Assembly (NCBI GenBank): GCA_963677485.1
Contig: OY781964.1
Coordinates: 1,856,001 to 1,920,000 of the forward strand
Length of the DNA: 64,000 nt
Reading direction: 5' to 3'
DNA from: Armatimonadota bacterium
Lineage (GTDB): Bacteria > Armatimonadota > HRBIN16
Position numbers and translations under genes: made by a program. Below the pieces are notes generated by a model. The model saw only the letters and a program-made list of their open reading frames with translations. It had not been told where the DNA came from and made no database searches. This document shows positions 18,903 to 29,229 of this stretch, piece after piece. Each line of letters opens with the position of its first letter. Positions within the stretch are counted from its first letter, which is position 1.

Positions 18903-19010
18903 CGTGGCCTGGCAGCGTAAGCTAGGAGAATCACAGCGTATACGATCTGAAGGAGCCTGATCATTAGGCTCCTGCGGGCGTTAATCTACAGTAACAACTG
19001 AGCCATGGTT

Positions 19011-19150
19011 GGCTATGTCCGGGGCGGTCTGTCAGTACGTTAGCGATAGCAGAAAGCTGTAGACCGCGCCGGTCTGGCGGATAGCCCTCATGGCTTAATG
19101 GCGGAAACAAGACCGGCGCGGTTAGGGGAAAACCGCCCCGGACAGTGGCA
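19011..19150. repeat. Repeat family A inverted doublet (AGACCGGCGCGGTCT ... AGACCGCCCCGGACA modules)
   Basis: The same modules occur at ~4161-4190, 22221-22385, 48156-48828 and 58364-58785. Confidence 0.85.
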
Positions 19151-19275
19151 TTTGGCACCGTCCAGCGCGTATTAGGTGCGAGCGCCCTTCGTGCGTCACC
19201 GAACCCGTCGGTTATGACTAATGACCATACCCGTCTGCGAAATACGATATACAATTTCCTTGGAGGTGTCACAGC

Positions 19276-21180
19276 ATGGCGCATGTCATCACATATGATG
19301 CACAGCAGCTTAAGGAACCGCAGTTTGCTGAGGCTGAGTGGGCACTGCCCACCGGGAACGGTGGCTATGCGTGCGGTACCCTGCGCGGCACCCGCACGAG
19401 ACGGTACCATGCGTTATATGTGGCTGCCGATGCAAACAGCTCCAAGCGGTGGGCGGTGGTGGCCGAGGTTGAAGCGTGGGCTTTGGTCAATGGCCAGAGT
19501 TTCCCGTTAAGCACTCATGCCTACAGGATGTCACACTACCCGGCCGGGTATCGATGGCTGAACCGCGTGGAGGTCACCCCCTCCTCTGTGACCCATATCT
19601 GGCAACTGCCCTCATGCACCATCTCAAGGCTCCTTCAAACCTCCCCTCAGGGGATACGGCTGACCTGGCAGATCACCGATGGGGAGGCGCAGCTTAGCCT
19701 CACCCCGCTGATGGCGATGCGCGACCACCACACGCTGATGGTGGCCAACAAGGCTCTGGATGGCCATTGTAAGATGCTGGCGAACACCTGCGTCTGCAAG
19801 CCATATGAGGATGCACCGTCGGTTTGGTGGCGATTTTCGCAAGGCATATGGAACTCCAGCCGGGACTGGTACTACCAGTTCTTTTACTCTGTAGATCAGG
19901 CACGCGGGTTGGACTTTCAGGAGGACCTGTGGACACCCGGATGCTTGACAACAGACCTGACACCCAGCCAACCTGTGGTGCTGGAGCTGGGCATTGATGA
20001 GCCATCCGTACTGGATTTACTGCCATCCTCCACGGAGTGGAACGACCTCTACCTATTTGAAGCGAAAGACCGGGGGAGCAGTATTCTGGCAGGGTTACCG
20101 TGGTTTACCGACTGGGGCCGAGACACGATGATCGTGATGCCCGGGCTGCTGTTCCGGCGCGGCCTGTATCCTCAGGCGTTTAGCATCCTGTGTACCTTCG
20201 CTAAAACCATGAAGAACGGGCTGATACCGAACAGATTTCCAGATCAGGGCGAAGAGCCGGAATACAACACGGTCGATGCCACGCTCTGGTTTGCCAGGAT
20301 GGTGGAACTCTACCTCACCCATACCCGTGACGATGCCGGTGTTGTTGAGCACATCTGGCCCGCCTTGAAACAGGCGATGCAGCATCACCTTGAAGGCACG
20401 CTTCACGGCATCAAGTGCGACCCCACCGATGGGCTGCTCACCGCTGGTGACGCCAATACGCAGTTGACATGGATGGATGCGCGGGTAGGTGATCAGGTGT
20501 TCACCCCTCGTGGAGGGAAGCCGATCGAGATTTCCGCGTTATGGATCAACTTCATGCGGTTATATCTGCAGCTCTGCAACAACCCCTTATATGGCACGAC
20601 GGAGCATCAGCCGGTTGTGGAGAAGATGCTTGCGTTGGCGGAAAGCCGGTTTGATGAGCTGTATTGGGTGCCGCAGAACAACTGGTTTGCGGATGTGATA
20701 GGCAACGACGGGGTGGCCGATGCCCGGCTTCGGCCAAACCAACTGATCGCGTTGAGTTTGCCCAATATGCCAGTTCCGAAAGAGCATATGGCCAGTGCCT
20801 TTGCCTCCTGTAAGGAGTATCTGCGCACCCCATATGGTTTACGCACTCTGGCCCATTTCGAAGAAGGCTACCAGCCCAGATATCAGGGCGGGGTGTTGGA
20901 GCGCGATGGTGCTTACCACCAAGGCACGGTTTGGCCCTGGCTGTTCAGTGCTTATGCTCGTGTATATCTGCAGCTCCACCAGGATATCTCGTCGTCCGAG
21001 CGGCATGCCACCTTGCGCAGGTTGATCGCCCCTCTGCAGGAGTATGCATTGACCGTCGGAGTGGGTCATATCGCCGAGGTATTTGATGCTGAGGAACCCC
21101 ATGTGCAGGGCGGATGCTTCGCGCAGGCTTGGAGCGACGCGGCAGTGGCCGAGATTTTAGCCGAAATCGGCAGCCGGTAA
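19276..21180 (+). CDS. Glycogen debranching enzyme (amylo-alpha-1,6-glucosidase, GDE_N + GDE_C)
   Basis: EW...GNGGYA, TRRYH, AGLPWFTDWGRDTM, YNTVDATLW, TWMDA, RPNQ, YHQGTVWPW, QAWS. Confidence 0.93.
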   Translation: MAHVITYDAQQLKEPQFAEAEWALPTGNGGYACGTLRGTRTRRYHALYVAADANSSKRWAVVAEVEAWALVNGQSFPLSTHAYRMSHYPAGYRWLNRVEVTPSSVTHIWQLPSCTISRLLQTSPQGIRLTWQITDGEAQLSLTPLMAMRDHHTLMVANKALDGHCKMLANTCVCKPYEDAPSVWWRFSQGIWNSSRDWYYQFFYSVDQARGLDFQEDLWTPGCLTTDLTPSQPVVLELGIDEPSVLDLLPSSTEWNDLYLFEAKDRGSSILAGLPWFTDWGRDTMIVMPGLLFRRGLYPQAFSILCTFAKTMKNGLIPNRFPDQGEEPEYNTVDATLWFARMVELYLTHTRDDAGVVEHIWPALKQAMQHHLEGTLHGIKCDPTDGLLTAGDANTQLTWMDARVGDQVFTPRGGKPIEISALWINFMRLYLQLCNNPLYGTTEHQPVVEKMLALAESRFDELYWVPQNNWFADVIGNDGVADARLRPNQLIALSLPNMPVPKEHMASAFASCKEYLRTPYGLRTLAHFEEGYQPRYQGGVLERDGAYHQGTVWPWLFSAYARVYLQLHQDISSSERHATLRRLIAPLQEYALTVGVGHIAEVFDAEEPHVQGGCFAQAWSDAAVAEILAEIGSR

Positions 21181-21550
21181 CGAGGCTGCTATGGAACTCA
21201 GCAGCAAACCTGGGGTGATGGCCAAATACTAGAACGATCCGTCCAATCCGTCCGATCAATCGGCTGTTCACACCTGCCTGTGTGCCATATGTGTAATATT
21301 AGGCATCAAACGATGAAATTTCCCTGCCAAGAGCACTAGTTTTTCTGAAATTGGCACTTACACTTGATATATGAGCTACATATTATGGTAGACTCACCTT
21401 GTAACCGGTGGATGTTTCGTCTTGGTTCCGAGCTCACGACACTTTCCTGAGGGTCTTCCGCTTCCGAGCCTACCGACAGCATCGTAACGTAACGTATCAA
21501 GACGCTTGGTTCAAGCGGTCTCAACGACCCATTAAGGAAGGTTTCATCAC

Positions 21551-21868
21551 ATGGCTGACGAAATTAAGACTCTGTACATCGGCAACCTATCTTACCAGAG
21601 CGGCGCCGAGAGCCTCCGCGCTTACTACGAACCATACGGTCCAGTCAAGGACGTACGCGTTGTAGAAGGCAAGGGCTTCGGATTTGTCGAGATCCCTGCT
21701 GAGAATATGCAGGCTGCGATCGACGCAACCGACAGCAAACCATTCGAGGGCCGCACCCTTCGCGTAAGCGAAGCTCAGCCCCGTGAAGATCGACGTCCTC
21801 GCACTGGTGGCGGCGGCGGCGGCGGCGGTTTCAGCGGTGGCGGCGGCGGCGGCAATCGTCGCTGGTAG
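21551..21868 (+). CDS. RRM RNA-binding protein with Gly-rich tail
   Basis: RNP2 LYIGNL, RNP1 KGFGFVE, GRTLRVSEA, poly-Gly tail. Confidence 0.93.
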   Translation: MADEIKTLYIGNLSYQSGAESLRAYYEPYGPVKDVRVVEGKGFGFVEIPAENMQAAIDATDSKPFEGRTLRVSEAQPREDRRPRTGGGGGGGGFSGGGGGGNRRW

Positions 21869-21884
21869 TTTCGGCTACTTGCCT

Positions 21885-21910
21885 GGGCGCGCTTTCGAGC
21901 GCGCCCTTTT
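21885..21910 (+). terminator. Intrinsic terminator
   Basis: GGGCGCGCT-TTCG-AGCGCGCCC-TTTT directly after the RRM gene. Confidence 0.8.
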
Positions 21911-22019
21911 CGCGTTTTAGGCTGCGTAAAACTATTGTTTTTACTCAGCCATCAGATGAGTGTGCCCAGTGTCTGTTCAGCACAGGCGCAACGCCATCAC
22001 GCACCAGGCCTTCCGGGCA

Positions 22020-22596
22020 CCCACGCAGTGGGTTTGATTCTTATAGCCAGGGGTGAGCGAAGCGATACCCCTGGAAAGTGGCGTATAATTCCTACCCCGA
22101 AGTGGGTCGAATCGATTCGCGGCAGCCATGTAATCAAATCACTATTGATGACCCACTCCGGGTTAGATGGTTATTGTCTTTCGTCCATGGGTAGCGCTAG
22201 CGCTTGTACGTAACTTGGTTGGCTATGTCCGGGGCGGTCTGTCAGTACGCCTGCGGAGGCCACTGTCTATAGACCGCGCCGGTCTTGTTCTTGGCATATA
22301 TCTTGCGTGGCTATCCGCCAGACCGGCGCGGTCTTGAGCCTTGTGCATCCGCTAGCCACCGCACAGACCGCCCCGGACATAGCCAAAACTTGTCTGCAAT
22401 AGAGGCAAAAGTCATTGGCATATCGATCTGTCACCTCAGCGTGACGTATCAGTTACAGTATGGGTTGCAGTGCCAGCACGGGCTGGCGTTTACCCGTGGC
22501 TACTAGAATCCTACCCACTTTGTGGGTGCCGGAAGCTACATCCCCGTTACCGACCGTTGACTGATGCACGATCATCGCATATGGCTCAGTAGTTAC
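22020..22596. repeat. Composite REP/MITE cluster
   Basis: Hairpins such as CCAGGGGTGAGCGAAGCGATACCCCTGG, a family A doublet at 22221-22385, and ATGGCTCAGTAGTTAC at 22581-22596. Confidence 0.7.
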
Positions 22597-22666
22597 GAAT
22601 TATTAAGCATCCGATGCCCATAAAATGGATAATTAGAGATACAGACTCAATCCAAGGAGGCCATTC

Positions 22667-23134
22667 ATGAGCGTTACAGTAGGCAGTCCTGCCCCCAGCA
22701 TCACACTTCCTGACCAGAATGGTGTCGAACACCATCTACCGATCGCATCCAAATGGTGCGTGCTCTATTTCTACCCTAAGGACAACACCCCCGGCTGCAC
22801 CACGGAGGCGTGTGATTTCCGTGACAACAACAGCTTGCTGCAGCAAATGGGTGCCGATGTCATGGGCGTCAGTCCCGATTCACCCAAATCGCATACAAGC
22901 TTCGTAAAGAAGTTTGAGCTGCCATTCACGCTTTTGGCGGACGAAAACCACGAACTGGCAGAGGCGTATGGTGTGTGGGTGGAGAAAAGCATGTATGGCA
23001 AAAAGTACATGGGCGTGGAACGAAGCACGTTTATCATCGACCCGAATGGCATAATACGCAAGGAATGGCGTAAAGTAAGTGTGACCGGTCATGTAACTGA
23101 GGTGGCCGCTGCTTTGAAGGAGCTGCAAGAATAA
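22667..23134 (+). CDS. bcp: Thioredoxin-dependent peroxiredoxin BCP/PrxQ
   Basis: YFYPKDNTPGCTTEAC, GVSPD, RSTFIID. Confidence 0.95.
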   Translation: MSVTVGSPAPSITLPDQNGVEHHLPIASKWCVLYFYPKDNTPGCTTEACDFRDNNSLLQQMGADVMGVSPDSPKSHTSFVKKFELPFTLLADENHELAEAYGVWVEKSMYGKKYMGVERSTFIIDPNGIIRKEWRKVSVTGHVTEVAAALKELQE

Positions 23135-23136
23135 CC

Positions 23137-23769
23137 ATGCGAATATCTATGTTAGTCTCTCTGCTGACCATCGCCAGTATAGGTGCCATGGCGCAAAATG
23201 AGGTCAAGGTCTCCATCACGACTAAGGTGAGTGTGACCCAGCAGATAGCCGATCTTTCATCTGACCTAGAGGGCCTTGATATCCTGGCTCCTGTGAAACT
23301 GACACCCGAGCAGGTAAAAACAGTCCTGGCAGAGGTGCAGCCTGCGGTTGCTAAGATACTAGAGCTGGACACAAAGCGCGAGGCAAGTCTGGTTGATCTG
23401 CGGGATGCGCTGGTTAAGGCAAAGTCTGAAGCCCTGGCTGGCCAACAGCCTTCTGCTGATTTGATGAAGAAGCTGGCGGCGATTCAAAAGGCTGCAGGAA
23501 TGGAAAGAGCGACCGCAGCCGATGAGGCCAGTAATGCCATCTGGTTGAAGCTCACCACGGTGCTGGATGATAACCAGAAAAAGGCCGTCTATGACCTGAC
23601 TCGTAAGGCTTTGAAAAGCATAAACACACCTAACTATCTGGAGATTCCGCAAAAGCAGCTTGGTGCTTATTTTACTCGGGAAGTACTCATGCTGCCGCGG
23701 CAGATAAGGTTAATGCAGGAGATGATCGCTCCTAAAGTACCTGAGACATCACGCAAACTGGATGAGTAG
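23137..23769 (+). CDS. Hypothetical secreted alpha-helical protein
   Basis: Signal peptide (…AMA|Q). Operonic with bcp and the MFS gene. Confidence 0.75.
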   Translation: MRISMLVSLLTIASIGAMAQNEVKVSITTKVSVTQQIADLSSDLEGLDILAPVKLTPEQVKTVLAEVQPAVAKILELDTKREASLVDLRDALVKAKSEALAGQQPSADLMKKLAAIQKAAGMERATAADEASNAIWLKLTTVLDDNQKKAVYDLTRKALKSINTPNYLEIPQKQLGAYFTREVLMLPRQIRLMQEMIAPKVPETSRKLDE

Positions 23770-25027
23770 TTCGCCGCCTATAAATTCTGCTCACAGCAAT
23801 ACATCGTTCAATCTCCGCATCATGGTTGTGGAATCCTCCATATTCATGATGGGGGTTTCGTTCATGGATATGAACACGTTGTTTCCGCAGTTCTTAAAGA
23901 CCATGGGTGCCTCCGCGCTGATAATTGGCCTCATTCAAGGCCTTCGGCAGTTTATGTTTTTCGTACCATACCCATACGCCATCGGGATGATACGCGGGAA
24001 GCCGCTGGTTAAGGGATATCTACTGAAGGCCTGTCTTTGGGGCCGCACTCCGTTGTTACTAGCAGCGGGCGTATTATGGCTACAGCCTGCCAACCATACG
24101 CTTGCCATCATCGCAGGCACACTGGCGATCGTCATGTTTACCTTTGGCGATGGCTTGGGTTGTCTGCCCTGGTATGAGCTGGTCGGACGGTTGATTCCCA
24201 GCCGGATGCGGGGCCGGTTCTTTGGCGGGATGCAGACACTGGGTGCGCTCAGCGCGCTGGCGGCTTCCTTGGTGGTGCCGAAAATCATGCGACTGTCGCA
24301 TCTTAGTGAGACCCACCGGTATGCGCTGCTGTTCGCGTGCATGGGGCTGCTGTTAGCATTTTCGACCTACCTGATCACAGTGATCCGTGAGGGATATCAG
24401 CACTTCTCCGAAGGTGATGATGACCAACCTCAGGGGTTTATGGAGCAGATCCGGCACGTACCGGTCTGCTGGAAGCGCGACCAGTCGCTGCGACGGCTGA
24501 TTTATACGCAGTTGTTGATCACCGGCGAAGGGCTGAGCATGAGCTTCTATGGGCTGTATGCCATAGATAAGTACCATCTGCCAGCGGATTGGATGGCCTA
24601 CTTTATATCAGCAGGTGCCATAGGGGCCGTCGTCACCGGCCCGCTGTGGGGCCTGGTGGCTGACCGTTTAGGGGCCGTGAAGTCACTCAAAATGATGGTA
24701 CCGTTAGCTATGATCGCTCCGGCTGTGGCCTTGTGTTCATGGAGCCCGGTGTCCTTTTTTTTCGTATTTGCCAGTATCGGCTCCGTGGTGTTTGGTGTGT
24801 GGGCTTGCATGACTAACACGGCACTTGCGATCGCACCAAAGATCGACCGACCGACCTATATCGCCTTACAGCAACTCGCCAATTTTCCGCTGAGTATCAC
24901 GCCGATTATCGGTGGCTGGATCATCCAAAACCACGGTTATATCCCCGTGTTCATACTTACATTGATCTGTGTGACAGCAGGTGCCGTATTAGCGCAGCGT
25001 ATTCCTAAACAGGCTGCCTTAGCGTAG
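23762..25027 (+). CDS. MFS transporter
   Basis: About 12 hydrophobic helices, RGRFFG, WGLVADRLG. Confidence 0.85.
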   Translation: MSSSPPINSAHSNTSFNLRIMVVESSIFMMGVSFMDMNTLFPQFLKTMGASALIIGLIQGLRQFMFFVPYPYAIGMIRGKPLVKGYLLKACLWGRTPLLLAAGVLWLQPANHTLAIIAGTLAIVMFTFGDGLGCLPWYELVGRLIPSRMRGRFFGGMQTLGALSALAASLVVPKIMRLSHLSETHRYALLFACMGLLLAFSTYLITVIREGYQHFSEGDDDQPQGFMEQIRHVPVCWKRDQSLRRLIYTQLLITGEGLSMSFYGLYAIDKYHLPADWMAYFISAGAIGAVVTGPLWGLVADRLGAVKSLKMMVPLAMIAPAVALCSWSPVSFFFVFASIGSVVFGVWACMTNTALAIAPKIDRPTYIALQQLANFPLSITPIIGGWIIQNHGYIPVFILTLICVTAGAVLAQRIPKQAALA

Positions 25028-25157
25028 ACCAAAACCTATGGATTTCGCATATTGCCGGATTCTACAGCCGGAAACTGCACCTTTTTAATACGTGATATGT
25101 CATGCTAATAGTATAAGGCCTTGAAGCCCAAACAATAGCTCAAGGAGCCTCAGCCGA

Positions 25158-28100
25158 ATGCTTGTCGCCGCAGGGTTTCTTCTGAATGCCGTATTGCTTA
25201 TCTGCATTATCATCATCAGCGTTCGGTGGGTCGCTGGTGTATCAAAACGGTCCGTTGTTCATCAGCTATTGCTTGGTCTTTTGTTCGGTGTTGTGTGTAT
25301 CATACTCAGTCTTGCAGCTTCCAACAGCCCCATTGACGCCCGTCCCGTCTTCTTGTTCATCAGTGCGATGTTCACCGGATGGCTGCCTGCTGTCGTAGCC
25401 GCGCTGATCAGTCTGCTACACGGCGTGATTAGTGAAAACACGTCTATGCTTCCGGTGATGCTGGCCGGCGTTTTGCTCATCAGCGTGGCCTCCGGCTGGT
25501 TAAGCTCCAAACTGCTCAAAAATATCACCTGGCGGGCTATACTGCTGGCCAGTTATATTAGCCATTTGCTTACCATTGGTTATCTTCTTCTATTCCACGA
25601 GGTCAGCTACCTGAGGACACTCTTGCCCGGCGTAAATAGCAGCAGTCAGACTGCTGGTATCGTCGTGGCTCTGGCACTGGGACCGATCGTCGCAGCGATA
25701 TGCGGTTTTGTGATCATCCGCTTCCGAAAGTGGCTGCTGCTGGAAGAGAAGCGGCAGAAGCAGGCGCAATACTTCCGCAGCATCTACAACAATCTGAACG
25801 CAGGTCTGTTTCACTGCGACCTTGAGGGCCGATACCTCGATATGAACAAGACCATGGCGCATATTCTGGGTTTCGATGACCCAGGGGAGGCTATAGAGTG
25901 CTGTGCTAGTGATTCGGAGGATATCGCCCCTGCAATGCAGAGCGTAAGGGACACCCTGGCGTTGTGCGCTGAAGAGGGGCAAATCCGTGACCATGAGATG
26001 AAGATGCCCAACTATCTGGGCGATGAGAAGACAATCAACATCAGCATCTGGAAGCTGCCAAAGACCGATGATGGGCAGACAGTATACGAAGGTCTCGCCG
26101 TGGATGTGTCTACACAGACCGCCATCCAAAAGCAGCTTCAGGAAAGCGAGGCGAAATATCGCAGCTATGTCCAATATGCCCCATTAGGTGTCACCGTCAC
26201 CAACCGTGGATTACAGTATCTCGAAGCGAATGACGCGTTCTGTAGAATCTTCGGATATTCCGAGCAGGAACTGCTTAGCATGACTGTGTGGCAGATATTC
26301 GCGCCGGAAGAACTCGACACTGTGCTTTGGTGCAAGCAAGAGCTGACAAGCAAAGGTTCGGTGACTGCTATCATGAAGTGCATCACCAAAACTGGTGACG
26401 CAGTTTACTGCCGAGTCGATACTGTCATGCTAAGCGAAGACAGGCTTCTTGGGCTAGTCACCGACAATACAGAGGTTATGAGAGCCAGGCAGGATCTGGA
26501 AATTCAAAAACAGGTGACCATCAACCTGATAGATTCGGAACAGGCGGGTTACTGGGACTGGAACATTGAGAAACAGACCATGTATTTGAGTCCTGGTCTG
26601 GTTTCGATGCTTGGTTATGAAAATGGGGATTTCGCCGACGGCTTTGACCTGTTGGAAACCGTGCTGTTTCCTGAAGACCGACCAGAAATTCAAGATTCTA
26701 TAGATATGCATATAGATAGTCATGCTACGGTGCCATTTCATCATAAAATGAGGTTAAAACACCGTGATGGACACACGATCTGGGGCGTCGGTTCAGGATA
26801 TATAGCTGAATGGAATAATGATAACCGGCCCATCCGCATGGCGGGCAGCTATGCAGATGTCAGCGCGATGAAAGCGGCTGAAGACGAGATAGTCAGCCTG
26901 AACCATCAGCTCAAAGAGAAGCTCTCGGACTTGGAAAGACCATCCGGTAACACATCGGCACTCGGTTTCACTGACCTGTTTGATATCGATGAGATTCAGA
27001 AGATACAAGATACTTTCGCGAAGACATCCGGGGTTGCCTCGGTCATTGTGGATGTCGCCGGGTATCGCATCACACGTCCAAGTAACTACTGTGCTCTATG
27101 CCGCGATGTTATTCGTGGATGTCAACTTGGCAAAAAGCACTGCATTGCGATTAGCGAGATGATGAATACCTCTCATCCCGATACTCCAATGATTCGCTAC
27201 TGCATGGACGGCTGTATGCTTGAGGGCAGTGCCTCTATCACGATAGATGGCAGACATATCGCCACCTGGATGTTTGGACAGGTGATGGACGAAACCGCAG
27301 ATGAGGAGCAGATGATGCAATATGCTGCGGAGCTAGGTGTGGATGAACTGCAGTATGCGCAAGCTTTGCCGTTTGTCAATAAAATGAGCCGCTCTCAGTT
27401 TGAAAGCGTGGGTCAGACCTTGCAGGCGATCGCAGATCAGTTATCGCAGCAAGCCGTGCAAAATGCAAAACAGGCCCTTTACATCTCGGAACGCAGGCAG
27501 GCAGAACGTGCCTTGCGTGCCTCCGAGCAGCGCTACCAACAGCTCTTCAATGAGATGAGCAGTGGTTTCGTTGTCGCACAGGTGATTCTAGATGCAAACG
27601 GACTACCGCTCGATTTTAGATTTGTCAGAATCAACAAGCAGGCTGAAATCATACTCGGATTCAGGGCAGATGACGTCATAGGAAAGACCTCGCGCGAGAT
27701 ATTTCCACACATTGAAAATCGGTGGATACAGCGTTTCTGTGATGTGGCCATGACAGGTCATCCTATAGAGTTCCAAGAGTTTTTTGCCCCTACATCACGC
27801 TATTACCAGGTGCATGCCTACATGCCAGAGCCACTGCATTTTGCGGTGGTATTTGACGATGTAACCGATAAGATTACCGCGGAACAAGAACGTAAACTGC
27901 TAGAGCAGAGGATGGAGCAGACCCAAAAACTGGAAGGTCTGGGTGTGCTGGCAGGTGGTATTGCGCATGACTTCAATAACATCCTGATGTCGATTATGGG
28001 AAATGCCGATATCGCATTACTGGATACACTTCCACAATCTACAGCTTACGAATGCCTCGATGAGATTAAGAACTCCTCTAACCGAGCAGCCGAACTGTGT

Positions 28101-29054
28101 ACGCAGATGCTGACCTACAGCGGGCGGACCACATATAAGATGCAGCAGATAGACATGCGGACACTGGTCATGGAGCTGGTGGATCTATTACGCGCGGGCA
28201 TATCCAAGAAGATCAAGTTTCAACTTCACATACCTCCAGGTCTTCCTTCTATCATGGCCGAAGATGCACAGGTCAGGCAGGTTTTGGTCAACATCATCGT
28301 CAACGCCAGTGAAGCCATCGGTGATAATAGCGGTACAATTTCCGTATCGGTCAAAGTACAGCATTGCAGTAAAGAGGTGCTAGCTCAAACGGTGCCGCTT
28401 GATGATGTATTGCCTGGTGAATACATGGTCTGTGCCATATCGGATAATGGCTGCGGAATGGATGAAACGACGATTAAACGCTTGTTTGAGCCGTTCTTCA
28501 CCACCAAATTTACGGGGCGCGGATTAGGTCTGAGCAGTGTGCTGGGCATCATCAGGGGGCACAAAGGGACCATCACGGTGGACAGTATAGTGGGCAAGGG
28601 CAGCACTGTCAAGGTATATCTTCCTGTGGACGTCGTCCGCCCAGAGATGCCGTTGGAAGAGGAAGCAACCGAGATCGGTGCCTGGCGTGGTAAGGGTACA
28701 GTGCTGCTGGTGGATGATGAGGAATCAATACGTGAGGTGGGCCGTCAGATGCTGATCCACATAGGGTTCGATGTATTGACCGCATCCGATGGACGGGAAG
28801 CCATTGAGGTTTACCGGGGATTTCAGCAGCAGATATCGCTGGTGTTGCTTGATATGACGATGCCCGACTTGGACGGTGTAGATACCTTTAGAGCACTTCG
28901 GCGTATGGACCCGAAGGTTAAGGTGGTGATCTCGTCTGGCTACGCTGAGAAGGATGTGGAGTTGAAGTTCGCGGCTGAGCATGTGGATGGGTTCATTGCT
29001 AAGCCATATACACTGGCGGAATTACGCGATCATCTGTATCGGTATCTGAGATAG
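25158..29054 (+). CDS. Membrane hybrid sensor histidine kinase (TM sensor, multiple PAS, PocR, HisKA, HATPase, receiver)
   Basis: N-terminal TM bundle, PAS repeats, PocR (IQDTFA...CALC...GQV), AGGIAHDFNN, FTTKFTGRGLGL, LLDMTMP. Confidence 0.92.
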   Translation: MLVAAGFLLNAVLLICIIIISVRWVAGVSKRSVVHQLLLGLLFGVVCIILSLAASNSPIDARPVFLFISAMFTGWLPAVVAALISLLHGVISENTSMLPVMLAGVLLISVASGWLSSKLLKNITWRAILLASYISHLLTIGYLLLFHEVSYLRTLLPGVNSSSQTAGIVVALALGPIVAAICGFVIIRFRKWLLLEEKRQKQAQYFRSIYNNLNAGLFHCDLEGRYLDMNKTMAHILGFDDPGEAIECCASDSEDIAPAMQSVRDTLALCAEEGQIRDHEMKMPNYLGDEKTINISIWKLPKTDDGQTVYEGLAVDVSTQTAIQKQLQESEAKYRSYVQYAPLGVTVTNRGLQYLEANDAFCRIFGYSEQELLSMTVWQIFAPEELDTVLWCKQELTSKGSVTAIMKCITKTGDAVYCRVDTVMLSEDRLLGLVTDNTEVMRARQDLEIQKQVTINLIDSEQAGYWDWNIEKQTMYLSPGLVSMLGYENGDFADGFDLLETVLFPEDRPEIQDSIDMHIDSHATVPFHHKMRLKHRDGHTIWGVGSGYIAEWNNDNRPIRMAGSYADVSAMKAAEDEIVSLNHQLKEKLSDLERPSGNTSALGFTDLFDIDEIQKIQDTFAKTSGVASVIVDVAGYRITRPSNYCALCRDVIRGCQLGKKHCIAISEMMNTSHPDTPMIRYCMDGCMLEGSASITIDGRHIATWMFGQVMDETADEEQMMQYAAELGVDELQYAQALPFVNKMSRSQFESVGQTLQAIADQLSQQAVQNAKQALYISERRQAERALRASEQRYQQLFNEMSSGFVVAQVILDANGLPLDFRFVRINKQAEIILGFRADDVIGKTSREIFPHIENRWIQRFCDVAMTGHPIEFQEFFAPTSRYYQVHAYMPEPLHFAVVFDDVTDKITAEQERKLLEQRMEQTQKLEGLGVLAGGIAHDFNNILMSIMGNADIALLDTLPQSTAYECLDEIKNSSNRAAELCTQMLTYSGRTTYKMQQIDMRTLVMELVDLLRAGISKKIKFQLHIPPGLPSIMAEDAQVRQVLVNIIVNASEAIGDNSGTISVSVKVQHCSKEVLAQTVPLDDVLPGEYMVCAISDNGCGMDETTIKRLFEPFFTTKFTGRGLGLSSVLGIIRGHKGTITVDSIVGKGSTVKVYLPVDVVRPEMPLEEEATEIGAWRGKGTVLLVDDEESIREVGRQMLIHIGFDVLTASDGREAIEVYRGFQQQISLVLLDMTMPDLDGVDTFRALRRMDPKVKVVISSGYAEKDVELKFAAEHVDGFIAKPYTLAELRDHLYRYLR

Positions 29055-29229
29055 CCTTTCGGAGCGTGGCGTTTGTGATGAAAGCTCGAGTCACTTGGTA
29101 GCCACTGCCTAGATCGATGCAGTCTACCTTGACCCATGCTGCGCATATTGAATAGACTACATCAAAGAACAACGGTTCCTGCATCGCGCGACAGCAACTC
29201 GCACTTCATATCGGAAGAGGTAATAGAAA

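Noticed and set aside
21805-21853. GGC microsatellite
   Set aside because: It encodes the ordinary Gly-rich tail of the RRM protein.
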